DNA from: Pelomyxa schiedti
Taxonomy: Eukaryota > Protista > Evosea
Direction of reading: 5' to 3'
Assembly: GCA_020536535.1 (NCBI GenBank)
Contig: JAHLWZ010000839.1
Coordinates: 1-64,000, forward strand
DNA: 64,000 nt
Part shown: positions 23,501-37,865 of the stretch, piece by piece
Layout: each line of letters begins with the position of its first letter
Numbering within the stretch: the first letter of the stretch is position 1
The notes under the pieces: generated by a model
The model's database searches: none
What the model was told of the DNA's origin: nothing
The model's input: the letters and a program-made list of their open reading frames with translations, nothing else
Made by a program: the position numbers and the translations under genes

Positions 23501-24068
23501 GAGGGATGCCAGAGGAATCCAATACCCACGCAGAAGACGTGCTTGAACTTGTGATTGCCATGTTTTCCACCCTTGAAAGGTACAATACACTTCATGACAC
23601 AAGTCTTCATATTAGAGTTGGTATGCCCCTTCTCCCTTCGCCAAAGTTAAGGGAAAAACAAAAAAAAAAAGGCATAAACACTGGACCAGTAGTTGCTGGT
23701 GTCATAGGGAAAAAAAAGTGGGCATTCGATATTTGGGGAGATACTGTAAACACAGCAAGCCGGTACAATTCCCTCTTCACTCCCTATTGGTCCCAATTCT
23801 TTGCAGGCTTGAGAGCTCTGGTGTACCTGACCGCATTCAAGTCTCTGAAATTACCAAAGACCTTTTGGTCTCCAAGGGCTATCAATTTGAGTCCAGGGGA
23901 GTAATTCAAATCAAAGGCAAGGGTGAAACTGAGTGCTTCCTATTGTATGGGATCCACAACAACTTCGGAGATGTTTACAAATCCTTTAGGGCAGAACCAA
24001 AACTACATCAAGCAAAAAGACCCATTCCTGAGGTAATGGACAGCAAATCTATGACGAGCGCCTATTAA
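17559..24068 (+). CDS. Multi-pass membrane class III adenylyl cyclase with a PAS domain
   Basis: Many hydrophobic exons; PAS (SKDAVIVLNE|GTIESFNPSAESLFECTSKEVLGRHASIILP); cyclase [60 protein letters not shown]. The K in KIKT and D in FDIW are the ATP-specifying pair. Confidence 0.92.
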
Positions 24069-24169
24069 GAAAATATTAACTAGCGGTGTAAAAAAAAACC
24101 TGTGTCAATAAGAGACTTGAAAAAACCCAAATTTTGGCACTGCCAAAACAAAAACCACTCTTTCTTAGT

Positions 24170-27100
24170 TTATACATTATCAGGATTAGACTTAGAAGAG
24201 CTGGGCTTTAGAACATCCAGCTGTACTTCCATTTCAGAGCCATCATTTTCGTAATGTCCAGCCTCCATCTTCTGTTCTTTTAGTTCCTGTTCCTCCCTCT
24301 CCTTTGCCTCAATAATGGCGTGATATCTCTTCTCTTTGAGGTTCCTGTTACAAGAAAGTGTTGCTAGTAGTGCCCATTTGTTTTGTGCATGGAGTCTGGA
24401 TGTGGGCTTATCTTTGGCTGCGGAGCCTGGATCGCCTCTCGTTTCTTTTTCTTTTTCTTTGTGTTGCTGATTGGCTAGTGTTTTGGTATTTGTTAGTGTT
24501 TTAATTTGGGGTTTTTTGAGTGTAGAACCTTGTGATAATACATGCAGAAATACATTTGTGGCTGGGTTGTTATAAATGTTATCTGTGATGAACATACTGG
24601 CAAAGGCACTGTAGCCTAAATACCGTTAAGAGGGGAAGACTTTTGGAAGAGTGAAGGAACCTTTGTCCATGAAAACCAAATCCTGCATTCCAATTAGAGG
24701 GTAGTCCATTCGGAAGAAGAACAAAAATGTCATTCCTCTTTTTGCAAAAGATTAGAGAAGAATAGGAAAAAAGGATACAACATCGCGGTAGCAAGACGGA
24801 TTATTGAAGATGTAATGCCAGCAAGGCTACTCATATTTTAGGACCCCGAAGAGGAAAGAAAGGTTAAAATACATTCCAACAAAGGTATTGGCAAAGTCAT
24901 ATAAAGCAAACAGTCTTCGATGTATGATGACAAGGTGATCCAGCCAAAACATATCCACGACACTTTTTTGTTGCTTGTTAGATCAATTTGGAACAGGAAG
25001 CTTACAGAGTGACAAATAGCATTCGCACAATGGTAGTTATAATGGATATAATAAGTGTATAATTGAAGCGTCTGTGTATATTCTTGATGATATCAATCAT
25101 TAAACCAGTATAACCTTCCTTGGGTTAGCTCAAATACTTTGATTACACTAAACATACCAAAGATAAAGAATATGACCCACAGAACGGCAAAAACTACAAA
25201 ATAGGCAATAGCTGTATGACTGGAAGAAGAATTAGCGCTGGAAAGAATATGGAAGCACCTGCCTCACTTGCATCCCGACATAGTTACTTGCTGTAGAGAG
25301 AGATACCGATCTTGGGTCGACGACAACTTTTCCTTGTCTAACAAGCATCACCTAGGAAACATGGGTACAGAAACTAGCAAAAAGGAAGATATACATTGTT
25401 TCTGTAACTGTAAAAAAGGAGAAGCCACATGAGTAGACCAATGACTAACGTCACCTAAATAGAGTTAGTTGTTCACTTTTTCGTTGAACATTGTGAGATA
25501 CAGCAGCAGCAGCTTGACCAGAAGAGATTACTTTTTCCCCTATAGCATCTAAAACCCCACCTGGGCCACTTTCAGATGTTATGGCATACAACTTTTGGGC
25601 AAGCAGTAAAATGATGTTTCCTCCATTGCCAAGATCCTACAGGATATAAACTGAAGAAGACAGTATGCAAGAGAACCTGTGACGATAAGGAGTTTATCAT
25701 TTCACTGACTATCTGGGAACCAAAGCCAATAGCACTTGGAATATCAACATCAAGGCCAAGTTTGTTAGCCACAGACACAGCACTGTCGATTGCCTTAATC
25801 TGTGAAGAGTCAATTAGCACTGTGATTACTGAGTAGATTCTTGTCTCAACCTCAAGATCAATCATTCCGTTTTTAGCCACTTGGATAGAATAGGAAATCC
25901 AATATTCCACCCAAAATGTGGCCAGATAACAGTATAACAGACACAGAAAAGAAAGGCCCGCGGCTAAAAGGAAACGTTGGGGGAAGGTAAAGGAGCTCCA
26001 AGATTCAAGCCATTTATGCTGGTTAGGAGCTACTGTAGTCAGTATTTGATGGGAAGAAGGAATGATTACCAGGAGAGAAAAAGTAGTATCGGATCTTGAA
26101 AATTGCTTTTTCAATAAGGGAAGCTTCAGGAGAGAGGGAGGGCATTGGTATGGCCGGTGGAGGCCTTTCCACTAATTTGGAGCAGTGCTCTTTCCAGTTG
26201 GTCATCCTGTGCAGCCACAAAATAAGTGCTGATAGAAAATTAAGCTGATAGAAAACCTTGCAACTTCCCTTGTAAGATGGTTGTGCCCACTAATTGCAAG
26301 GTATACAATCACTCCTAAAGTTACTGCCAAAAATGCATATACAGAGAAAAAAATCTGGAAAGATGAATTTCAGGGATGTTGTGTTGTTAATCGTACAGTT
26401 GCAAGGCATATAGAAAAGGGATCAGGCTCCCCTTGAAGTACAATTGCCAGAGCCGTCACAACAGCCCCAAAAAGAAGTAGTATAATAGCAACAATTATGG
26501 ACAGTATGACCTAGGGAACACCTCAGGTGCAAATAATTAGAAATGGGACTACAGATAGCCTAAAAACAAAGCGTGTGGATGCCCAAGTGCTGTTCGCAAA
26601 AAACTGGATAAAGTGAGCTTGATAGCTAGGAGCACTTAATATTTACCATGGGGATTACAAGTATCATTAAAACATAGACCAAATTTTTAATTAGGCCTAA
26701 GTGTGAGTGAGAAGGTTCAGTGGCGAAAAGAGATTACTGAAAGATGAGACATCTGGAGACTGCAGGTTATACAAGTGGAACCTATCGCTTTCAATGAAAA
26801 TTCCATCACAGAAGAACTAGGTTTGGGGTAGTGTGCATTTAACTTTCTACAGTGGTACCACAAATGAATAAAATCCGGATGAACCAGAAACAAAATGTAG
26901 ATCAGAAAATATGTAGACACCATTCTCATTTGTAAGTTGTCCAGTCTGAAAAAAAGATTAGTCGAGAAAAGCATATCTTGGAAATTGCATTGTAAGATAT
27001 GGTAGTCTCAGGAGAGAGTCTCTCTTGTAATGATTTTTCTTCCTTCGAAACATCCTCATACTCCCGTCGTGCTACAAATACCTGTACTCTTCTCCCAAAA

Positions 27101-30100
27101 GAAGGGGTTCCTGAAGGAGCAGTGAGGTGTAGACATGTAACATCAATATCAACCATAGAGGTCATAGATAATGAGCTGTGGTTGTCTCAAAGAGGATATT
27201 TCTGCAGCTTCATCATCTCCAACAACGACACACTTTTCAACTAGAACCGTTGGGGTTGTAAGCCCAGCAGGTTGAGTCTTGAAAAAGAAAGTCACATTAC
27301 AGGAAAAGGAATAGAGTGCAACCGTTGTTTCAACAATAGATAGATCATTGAGAATTTCAAAAGTATCAGAAACATCGCTTTTCCGTTCGTCATTTAACCC
27401 GACAAATTGCACACTATAGTTACCTGCCCAATATGTCAATGCAGCTTTATGTATACCTATGGAAACCTGCTGGAGCATCTATTAAACGGAAGCAAAACTC
27501 CACAAAACCACCAGATCCTGTTGTAGCCTGGCTGGTTTCATCACTGGCTCGTGCAATTTGCATTTCACTGTCTGGTTGCTTTAACGGAAAGAGTTAGAAA
27601 CGGTGCAGATAAAAAGTTCAACCTGTGCAACCACCACTTTCATGTCGTATTCCTCAAGCCCAGAATCCCCAGCAATTCTTGCTTGAAGTGTGAAGCACAT
27701 TACACCACCCAAAAACATCCGAGTTGGCCTGGGACCACTGACAATTTCAATTGTGGAAGCCATGGCCGTCAAATCGAACTCCCGTGTACAAATTGAGTCT
27801 TCACTGTTTCTTTTGTTAGCATCTAAGTTTCAAAATTGAGATCCTCTACTCACTCGGTACTTAGAGTCAAGAAACACATTTTGTAAGATTTGCCTGCCAC
27901 ACCCAGTGAGATTATCCATGACTCAAAAGTGATTTCAGTGCTTGGTAGGTTAGGAAGGGCATCAGCCAAGGGAAAAAGTACTTGGAACCGATTTGCACTG
28001 GGTATTGTGGAACAGCAACCCCTGTACCATCAACAGATTTCACAGTTGTTAAAACTACTGGAAATGGAATGTAACATGATACTCGACCATCCTCTGAGGC
28101 CTATTTTGAGGAAAGAAATGGAAAATGTAGAGGAGTAGCTACTCGCTCAGCCAGCATTTTAATTATAGGGGGCTGTGAAAATGGTTGTTGTGGGGCAATC
28201 ACTGCTGAGGGTTGTCTCAGCAATTCCAAGGTGATCTGAATTTCTGTCAATAGAAGAGAATAGGAAAAAAAGGAGAAAAACCGTCCACAAAGAGAGGTCA
28301 ATTTCAGAAACAGGTTCCAGAATAGTACCATCAAGGACAAAACAGATTTTGAGTTTCCCACTCCCAAGGGAAATTACTCCAATATCTAAGGGAGATTATT
28401 GTTAGGTGTTATTGCTCATGTATACCATTAAAAACTGCAAGGCCAGTATTGTCCACAGGCGTACTCCACCCCCATATTTCACTTTGAGGTGACACTGATG
28501 ACAGACTTGCCACAACAGCTTCATCAAATGAGAAATCCAAATCAAGGGTGTCACAGTTAATGGCAAGCATCCGTGTTCCTTTGATGGATTATTGAAAAAA
28601 GAGAAAAAAGACTCGTGCCTGTAAGATTTCCCCCAGTGGAGGGAGTCAGCAGCACAATAGGTTGAATAGAAAACGGTTCACATAAGGAGCCGTTCCTGAG
28701 GGCAGCTTCTACAATGATAACAGCATTTTGCACTGGAGCCTGTGCGACCACGTGAATATATTCTTCAGATTGAATTCCATCTAGCTGAAGATAAAACCAA
28801 TAAGAGCCAGGGTAAATCAGCGTAACACCAAGTGTTTCTATGTCAAGTGAGTAAGTCAATTTATTCAAAAAAAAGAATTTGGTACCTTTGTTGAAACTCA
28901 CACAGGGGTTGGAAGTTGTGCACAATGTTGCATATACTGGTGGGCACGCCTGTTGTCTAAGATAGGCATAGTTCCAACTGACGCTATTATTGCTAGAGTC
29001 AAGTGCCAGTGCCTACCCCACAAATAAGCTAAATTTGAGAAAATAGCTGAAACACTTGAATGTAAAATTCTTCATTTATGTTGATAGTGGCAACAGAGGA
29101 AATATGGACCTTGACAACTGAAACGGTGATGTTTTATGAGAGGAAGAAAATGAACTTACTTGGGTTGTCGATTTTAATCATGAAGAAAGCGCTTGAGCAG
29201 TCCTGCACCACTGTTTCAGTAAAACTAGAATATGTCTGTACCAAATAGAGTTCGCCCCAATATTCCCCAGGATAACCTGAGACACAAACAAGGTAAATGT
29301 ATAGAAAAGACAGAGTGTGCACCACCATCATCAATTTGGAAATGAGCATCAAAAATCCAGCCATTAGCGCCGCTTGTTAGAATAACATCATCACTTGATG
29401 TTATTTGGCGGTATTCTTGTGAGGCAGTATAAATAATCATATCTGAGAGTAAGTTGTAGTCCAAGTTGTTGTTATAGTATGATGTCATTGGTTCACTCTC
29501 TCCATTGAAAACCTGTAGACTATTACACAGAATACAGAATACAGAAGCATAGATAGAGCCTACCCTAATGCCAATGGTAAAGGGTTGCCCGATTTGTACT
29601 TGGCAATAAGACTCTTCATTCAGGATAACCTCAATATCCGAGCATAAATGAGAATTTTCCTTCGAGATGTAATTGGCTCACTATGCAATAATTGGAGACT
29701 CACCTGAGGGTCAGACACACCCCACTGAAAGGGAGCAGCTATTCCATCTACTGAGATGATAGCAGAATATGTTCTATTCTCCCAGTCAGCATCAACTCGT
29801 GCAGTGAGAAGATCTCCAAATAAAGCTAGTCCCTGATTACTAGAAAGAATAAAAAAACAACACCATGTTAAGAAGGCACAGAGGCATACTCAGAAGCAAC
29901 TGGATAATAGTGGAAGGCAGTGCCAACCTCGGATTCTAGGAACGCAATTTTCCCAGGAATACCTGTCCAGGCTTCAAAATCTGGAGTAAGCATTATCAAT
30001 ACCCACCTTGCCCACTTTCATCAAAGATGAGAATAACAGGGGACTGTAATGTAACACCAATTTGGTTTTTAGCATTGAGTGAATAAACTGACACAAATCC

Positions 30101-32112
30101 AGCCACAGTCGTGGTAACATTTATAATGTCTGATTCAAGAGATTCAACACCCTCACAGAAGAATGTGATCCTGTGAGGACCAGGGGGTCCACGAACTAAG
30201 AAACTCATTGACATGGTGGCACTGTAGAAAGCTGAGCGAAATCATTAAGATAGATATTGCACACAATCCAGAAGAGTTTGTTGGAGGAGACACAGGATTG
30301 TCCAGATATTTAATAGGTATCCATGACTCATAGCTTGCTTCATATGGTCCCCGTCTTCGCCCATCTGCAATACCTATTTACTACATAGGGAAAAAAAGTG
30401 GAAGGATACTCCATTCAGTTATCATGGCAATCACAACTTTTCCCTGCAAAGCGTGTCCATCACCATCAACTACCTTTAGAACCATATCAAATTGAGATCC
30501 TTCCTTTACAGATGAAGGTGGGTCACTGATAATGATTACAGACGCAACTAATAGTGTGTCAAAAAAGACAAAGAGAGTGGGGGCAACCATCAGTTTTAAC
30601 TTTTGGAATGAGACCCTCTGAAGTAAAGAGAAACTTGAATGCCTGCTCACAGACCTTTTTTTTGTATAAAAAAGCATTGGGTGAAATGAGTGAGATTTTT
30701 CATACAGCCATAATATAAAGTTCTCCAAAATTTGATGCATTTAACGTTAAACCCTTAAATGTAGCCTTTCCTGTAATGGTAGAGTACGCTTCAATTGGAC
30801 TGACAATTGCTACAATAAAAATGTTATGAGATGTAAACAATATGATGAACTAAACCAAATTTTGGTGTACGAAGATCTTCAGTGAGCATGTATTGTGTGT
30901 AATAGTCTGCAGGATTTGAAAAAAGTAACACCCGTTTTCCTGAAAGTGGTTCCCCATTTGTATCAATAACCTTCACTTCGAGGTCAATGGGTGTCCTACT
31001 TCATATTAGAAACTTGGGAACTAAGATGAAAGGGTCAGAGGCACACACGCGGTATCCCACTCTGTAGGAATAGCTGTTAATTGTAAAATATTCCCCACTT
31101 TTGATTCTACAGATACAGTTGCAGTCTGGCTCAATGATGAAAGGGATTCGTCAGCAAATGAAAATCTCAGTGTGTATCTCCCTATAATTCCAGATTGTAT
31201 CACAAAATCATTGAACATAGCATCTCCATTTGCTGAGGTTGTATCTGTTTGTTGGTGAGTGTCATCTTTAGCCCCCAAAGTGCTAATCAAACGTGCATAC
31301 TGCTGAAACCAGCAAGTACTGGGGTACACATTGGTGTAAATTGAATTATTTTGAGGGGATTAACGATTCCAATACAATCCAGTGAGGTTATATTAGTAGC
31401 AATCTGTTCCACTAGCATCATATATCAGATTTCAAAAAGGAGGAAGTGCAGGAGAACCTGACACCACAATGTCCCATCCATCAGCAGGGAACCCTTCCAA
31501 GTTTTTCACATACAGCCAAGGAACCTGCTCTAGTGGTTCCCCTATAACGACATAAACAGGAGGCTGCACAAACATATTCATCTGATACACAAAGAGCCTG
31601 AATAAAATAGCAATAGTAAAAAAAGAAACAAACCTTATTGGGTGTGTTTTCACCAAGTGCATTTCGTGGGTCCCTAAAAACAGAAAACAACAACAAAGTG
31701 GCACTAAAAAAAAAAAAGGAACCGTTAGTGAGACACAAGACCATAACTTTTACGTTTCTTCTTTTGTTGGGTTATTATGGGAGAGAGACATAGACGTACA
31801 CCATGCAGAACACGATCATCAACGTGGCAATTGTGAAAAAATTGTCCCTGACTCGGTCATTGATCAAATCATAGAACACAGGGATCCGAATCTCGCGCGG
31901 GTATTTCCCAGGTGCCTTGTCGACGTACATTTGTCAAACGCGTGCGACGACACCGGACGTCAAGCGCTACACGAATACGAGAAAAAAAACCTGAGAAAAT
32001 ACAAACCGTTGATTCCGAGAACTTTTTTCGGAAGTTTGAAGATCGCTCCTTTGATGGTAGTGGAACTTCTCCTTGGGCAAGGTTGCTTCCCCGGGTTCTC
32101 TTGGCTCCTCAT
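24170..32112 (-). CDS. Very large membrane protein: N-terminal Ig-like (invasin/Big-like) repeats plus C-terminal STRA6/RBP-receptor-like multi-TM domain
   Basis: Repeated beta-sandwich-like motifs (PFSQPPIIKML, PFSIQPIVLL, VLKVVDGDGHALQGK, TTSANGDAMFNDFVI); TM region with FTFPQRFLLA, YSYRNN|VMLVRQG, ASNYVGMQ, GYSAFASMFITDNIYNNPATNVFLHVL, HAQNKWALLATLSCNRNL. The 5' end is uncertain (32112 or 31930). Confidence 0.72.
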
Positions 32113-32283
32113 AAATCACAAGATGGAACAGCATCCAGAAGTCCCACTCGCGCACTCCAGCGGTAGCCCTTTTAGAGTTTTAGGAAACACCATCACACGT
32201 TTTGGCTTTCTTTATTGAGCATCATCACTCTCCGAGGGTCGGTGCAGCAGCAGGGGAGTGGTGTCACGCGTGAGAAGTGAGAA

Positions 32284-35200
32284 ATGAGTTTTTGTTTTCT
32301 GAGCGTTACGCACCGTGCCACTTCGGTGCATCACTGTGTGTCGGGGCACCTCACGTCCGACCAAGATTCCAACTTGGTTTTGGCTCGCGCAAACATTTTG
32401 CAGATCTACTCCCTGTCTACGTCCCACCCTTTGGAAGAGGCATTTTATTTTTTTTTTTTTTTTTTTTTTTCTTTCTTCCCCCTTTTTTCTTTTCTTTCTT
32501 TCTTGCTTTCTTACTTTTGTTTTTCCTCCCCTTTGTATCTTCCTTTCTTGTTGTCATTGGATTTCATCACATTTGTTTTAATTAATCACGGCTATTTGAC
32601 AGGACCCGAGTAGTGGAGTGGATGGGAAATCTCACCGTCTAGATCTGCTTCATGAATGGGAGTTGTGCGGAAACATCGAATCTTTGTCACTCGTTCAGTT
32701 TCCACGAGAGAGCTGTGATTCTCTGGTTGTTTCATTTGCTGATGCAAAAGTGTCTGTTTTGAAGTATAACAGAAGTTCTGCTTCCCTGGACATTTGTTCA
32801 ATGCACTGCTACGAGCAAGCAGATTTAAGGGTATTCCTAGTTTCCTTCCTATCCCTCATGTAACGAATTTATTTTCATGTTTTTTTTTTTTATCTTTTTA
32901 TTTTATTTTTTTCTCTAGGAAGGTAGGGAAAGAGTTTCATTTCCCCCACTTGTTAGAATAGATTCCCAGCAGAGATGTGCCGCTGTACTTGTGTATGACC
33001 ACAATATAGCTATAATTCCATTTGCGGACACTAACTCGTTGGATGAGATGTAAGTCCGTTTCTCTACAGCATAGTGAGTTCCTTATTGTTTCCATAAGGG
33101 AGCAGGATTCTAAGCTGTCTATCTTGAACACCTTGAGCTCCTTTACTTTCAGCCTTTCAGCCATTAATGTTTCGAATGTGAGGGACTTCTGTTTTCTCAC
33201 TGGCTATTTTGAGCCCACTCTTGTTGTACTGCATGAAAGTCCCATCACGACTTGGGCTGGGTAGATCTCTTCTGTTCCCACAAAAGTTTTCATTCCTCAA
33301 AAAGACGTCTACCAGCAGTCAAGGACACCTGCAGTGCAACAGTTGTTTCCCTTCAAATGTCTAAGCACACCAGAACGATTTTATGGACAGCTGATAAACT
33401 GCCACATAATTGCTTTTTGTCTCTTCCCGTCCCTGATCCATTAGGTAAAAGAGGCTTCCACGTAAATTTGTGGATAAATCCTTCATCCAGGTGGAATATT
33501 GGTTTTGTCCCCAAATTCTGCATTATACCTGAACCAGAATTACCGATTTGCCTTCTTGTTCAATGACTTTGGCGATGTCAATTCCGTTTTTATTGCCAGA
33601 GGTGTCTTCCTTTATGTGCATTCCTTCATGTGTAATTTTGTGGCCAAAAGACCAGTCTAAAGACCCCATTGTCGCCGACGCTGCAAAGGCCCTGTTTGTA
33701 ACGAAAGATACCCTCCTGATATCTCTTCGAGGAGGAGAATTGTATCTCCTTCTACCCCTTTTGAACTACTCACTATTAATAAGGTATGTGCTGCATCTTA
33801 TTCATGACGGGCGAAGTGTTACTGGTATGACACTTGTAAAAGCCGGGACAACTGCAATTGCCTCTTGCGTAAGCCTTTATTCTTCCGGCTCAAACATCAG
33901 CTGTAATTTTTACTGTTTTCAGATGTGTCTCTTACCAATTCCGAAGTATATGTTTATTGGGTCTTACCATGGAGATTCTCTTCTTTTATCCTATAGTGAA
34001 AACGCTTCGGTGGATATTGGTTTAAGGGTTTGTTCTACAGTGCACTCTACTGTTTTAAAACAGAAATGCAGCCCCCTGCCCCTAAACGTTCAAAAGTGGT
34101 GAAGGGTGAGTCACCATCATTCTTGGATGAGATTGACGACCTGCAACTTTACAGTAATTCGGAACCCCAAGTCGCAACCACTGGGCCATTTCCTACTGTG
34201 TGCCACCTTAACTAGTTTTTTAAGCATTTCTATTTACTTTCACAGTCAGGATATAAATTTTCAGTTGTTGATCAACTTCCTTGTCTGAGTCCGATAAGAG
34301 ACCTCGCTGTTGGTGAGTCATATGATATTTACAGCACTTCTATAGCGGTGAGTTGCTTCCCCGCCGTGCCATTCTGACTGCGACCCAGGAGGGAAACCCA
34401 CGGAAGTTCCTTGAGATGGTTGCATGCTCTGGTCATGGAAGAAATGGCAGTCTTTTTATTCTTCAAGTATCGACTTGCTCTTCTCATTTGGGAGATTTAC
34501 TTTGAAAAAGAATGGAATCCGTCCTGACGTTGTCTCCTCCAGCACCGATTTACTTGGCTGTGTGTCTATGTGGTCCCTGCATGGGTGGAAAGAGAGCGAC
34601 TCACATGAACACCACAGTGGCCTAAAGGAGCATGCCACACTTGTTGTCAGTAAGGCTGATGCAACTTTGGTGTGTTCGTTTTAAGGAGGACCTATTATCA
34701 CCTCATACTTGCCAAAAAGATTTTTGCTTCTGGTGAGCAAATACAAGAAATCTCCGATAGAGTCGAGTTTTTTACTACTGGAGCAACGATATTGGCCTCA
34801 AACATTCTTTCTGATAAGTTAATTGTACAAGTTTATCAGTCAGGGATCAAACTCATTAACACAAGTAAGCTTGTATTTCGACCAACATGAAAATACTTAC
34901 AATTTCTAATAGCAACCTTGAAACAAATTCACAAACTTTCTCCACCACCTGGAGGAACCATCACATTCGCCTGCTGTGAGGATCCATATGTAGGCATTCT
35001 CCTTTCCAACGGTTCCTTTTATCTTTATGTGGTCACAGAGAGCTCAAGGCTCCAACAGTTGCCCAACCAACTGGTTCTTTCCTTTTTTAAAATAAATCAT
35101 AAACCTGATATTCTTATAGGTGGATTCCAGCATCAGGGCTATAAACCTTTTCAGCACTTGCACATGCACCACTCCTACACAGCCACCCACTTTTCATGAG

Positions 35201-37865
35201 CCAGATCCATTGGAAGCTGAGCTCTATGGCACAGGCGGCGTTAAACCGGAAGAGAAGCCCAATAAAGAACCAGTCGTTGCGAGAACTTACTATTGCGTAA
35301 TTGGAAGACAGTCTGGATCCCTTGAAGTATTGGCACTTTAAGTGGCTTTGTTTTTACTTACATTTATAGGTGGTCACTGTACCAGATTTCCAGCGTGTTC
35401 TTTTTACTCCCGACTTCGCTCTGGGACCATATCTCCTCAATTCAACAACCACCAGACCCAGCTCTTTAGCAGCACCCACAAATTCCAGTGACTCCTCGAC
35501 TACCACTTCAGCTTCCACAAGCACCTCAACCTCAACCTCAACCTCAACTTCAACCTCAACTTCAACCAGCAACTTACCTTCACCAAGTACCACACCACTA
35601 TATCCTGTGGAGGTGAGTGTTATTCACCTCTCTCCCCACAAAGTAGCTTACCCACATCTTGTCTCCATTCTAAGCAATGGAGATATCCTCTTTTATCGTG
35701 GTTTTATTTCGTCATCACCAAGTCAAAATTTCCCTCTGGGATTCCATCGCATTAGCCACACCACTCTTCCACGTGACACTCACCCAGCAAGTACCCATGA
35801 TTCTGCCACTGCCCCACACTATCCTAGAATAGCTTTTCTGCCCATTGTGGGAAATGGCAATTGTGCCTTGTTTATTTCTGGGTCCAGGTTCTCACTTAAT
35901 TTAATTTTGTCATGAGTCTCATCTCGTCTATAGACCACTTTGGGGTTTTTGTGACAGAGGATTTCTACGAACATACCCCATGCTACATGATGGAAAAATT
36001 CAGTGCCTGACATCATTCCATAACGAAAACTGTCATAATGGGTTTATTTATTATACTTCAAAGGTTTACTTCTGCTTCTTTTTTTTTTGGTTAAAAACCT
36101 TTGGGCAGTCAGCACTCAAGTTTTGTCAACTTCCTGCATACATGCAATACCAAGGAGACTGGCCAACAAAAAAAATCCCCTTACGTTGCACTCCACATAA
36201 AATCACTTTTCACACGGAATCAAAAATGTATATTTTAGCTGTGTCGTACTCCGTACTTGTTCATTTTGGGGTCACTCCACCTCCCAGTAAGGAACATGTT
36301 ACTACATTCTTTTACCTTACCGAAATACAGCTCCGTATGGCCTGGAAAAACAGGCAACCACTCCTGACCGACCACCGCCTCTACCAATGTTTGTGGAACA
36401 CCACGAACTTCGCCTTATTTCCCCAGCCACATGGGAACAAATGGACCGGTGCAACACCCCACTTTTTGCTTGTCTGGCACCTAACTCATTTTTCCAGTTT
36501 CTCATTGATAGAACGAGAAGTGGTTATAACATTGAGGGTTGTAAACCTCCGGGTCCAACTTCCCGGCACAGCTGATCCTGTCATCAAACCCTATGTCATT
36601 GTTGGAACTGCCATTACAATTCATGAAGATGCAGCCTGCCGTGGAAGGGTATTACTTTTCTCTTCAATCCCTTATCAACATCTTTTCCAGGTGATGGTAT
36701 TTGATATCCAAAAAAAGTCCAACCCAGGGGAATCACCAAAAGCAGTCCTCAATGAAATCTATAGTAAAGAACACAAGGGTCCTGTTTCAGCTGTGGCACA
36801 ACTTGAGGGGTTCTTGATTGTTTCTGTTAACCCGAAGGTACCAGAGCTTCACCACTTTCCAGGTTTTGATATTACTGTAGGTCATTGTGTTCAGTTTTCA
36901 GGATGGGAAGGAGCTTGTGCCAAAAGCCTTCTACGATTTACTTTATATAGTGAGCATTAATACTGTGAAAAATTGGGTTTTACTTGGGGATGCCTACAAA
37001 GGAATTCACTTTTTGAGGTGGAAGGTAATAGAATTCAAGTCAACCCCCTTTGTTAGAAAGCTCACGCGCAACCTTTTTCAGGAACAAGGGAACCAGCTAA
37101 CCCTTCTTGCCAAAGACTTTATTCCCATGTCTGTTTCCTCCACTGATTTCGTCATTGATCAACTTAACTTGGGACTTGTGGTTTCTGATGAAGAGAGGAA
37201 TATATATGTATTTAATTACGCACCGCAAAGTAAGTCTAATTGAAGAGAGACATGGGGTTTGTTTTTTTTCCTAAAACCAAGCAACAAGGTGTGGAAAGTA
37301 GAGGAGGCCAAATGCTTATTGAAAAAGCAAACTTGCATTTGGGTACACGAGTGTCAAAGTTTGTACGACTTCCTCTGCTTGCATCAGCCGATCCCTCATC
37401 AGGCAAACCGACTAGCAGCCGTCATGGAGTATTTTTCAGTATGGAACTCTGTTGAACAAGATGTACACTAACAACCCACCCACAGGCACCATTGATGGCG
37501 GGATAATGTCTCTGCGGCCAGTGGATGAGCGGCTATACAAGGTTCTTCAAGCACTTCAGGTGAAAATGTCCACCGAGGTACAGACTGTTGCCGGTCTGCA
37601 TCCATTAGCTTGGAGGTGAATGGGCCTTACTCTTTAATAGCATTAGCAACCAAAACCCCGAACTGACTCAAACACATAAAGGCACCTTAAAGTTAAAGAC
37701 CCCCAACGCCGGAGTCAGAAGAACATTGCTGATGGCACAATGGTGCGGAATTTCCTCATGTTGCCCTACAATGATCAAGTGTCCCTCTCTGCCCGAATCG
37801 GCACAACTCCCGAAGCCATCTACAACGCCGTACTTGACATTGAAACATCCCTCAACTTTTTCTAA
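32284..37865 (+). CDS. CPSF1: Cleavage and polyadenylation specificity factor subunit 1 (CPSF160)
   Basis: HRATSVHHCVSGHL...NLVLARANILQIY, DSLVVSFADAKVSV, VRDFCFLTGYFEPTLVVLHE...TWAG, CSGHGRNGSL, CLTSFHNENCHNGFIY, WPTKKIPLRCTPH, KEHKGPVSAV, LLGDAYKGIHFLRW, ESRGGQML; ends IGTTPEAIYNAVLDIETSLNFF*. Confidence 0.95.
35523..35567 (+). repeat. (ACYTCA)n hexamer repeat encoding a Thr-Ser tract in a CPSF1 insertion
   Basis: acctcaacctcaacctcaacctcaacttcaacctcaacttcaacc. Confidence 0.85.

Noticed and set aside
32264-32273. Palindrome TCACGCGTGA and TCGCG-like words upstream of several ATGs as a promoter element
   Set aside because: Too short and inconsistent in position to separate from CpG-rich background without an enrichment test.
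32440-32602. GC-AG first intron of CPSF1
   Set aside because: Plausible but not forced: a GT donor at 32421 with a TAG acceptor at 32613 also keeps frame. The same ambiguity applies to 28579-28618.
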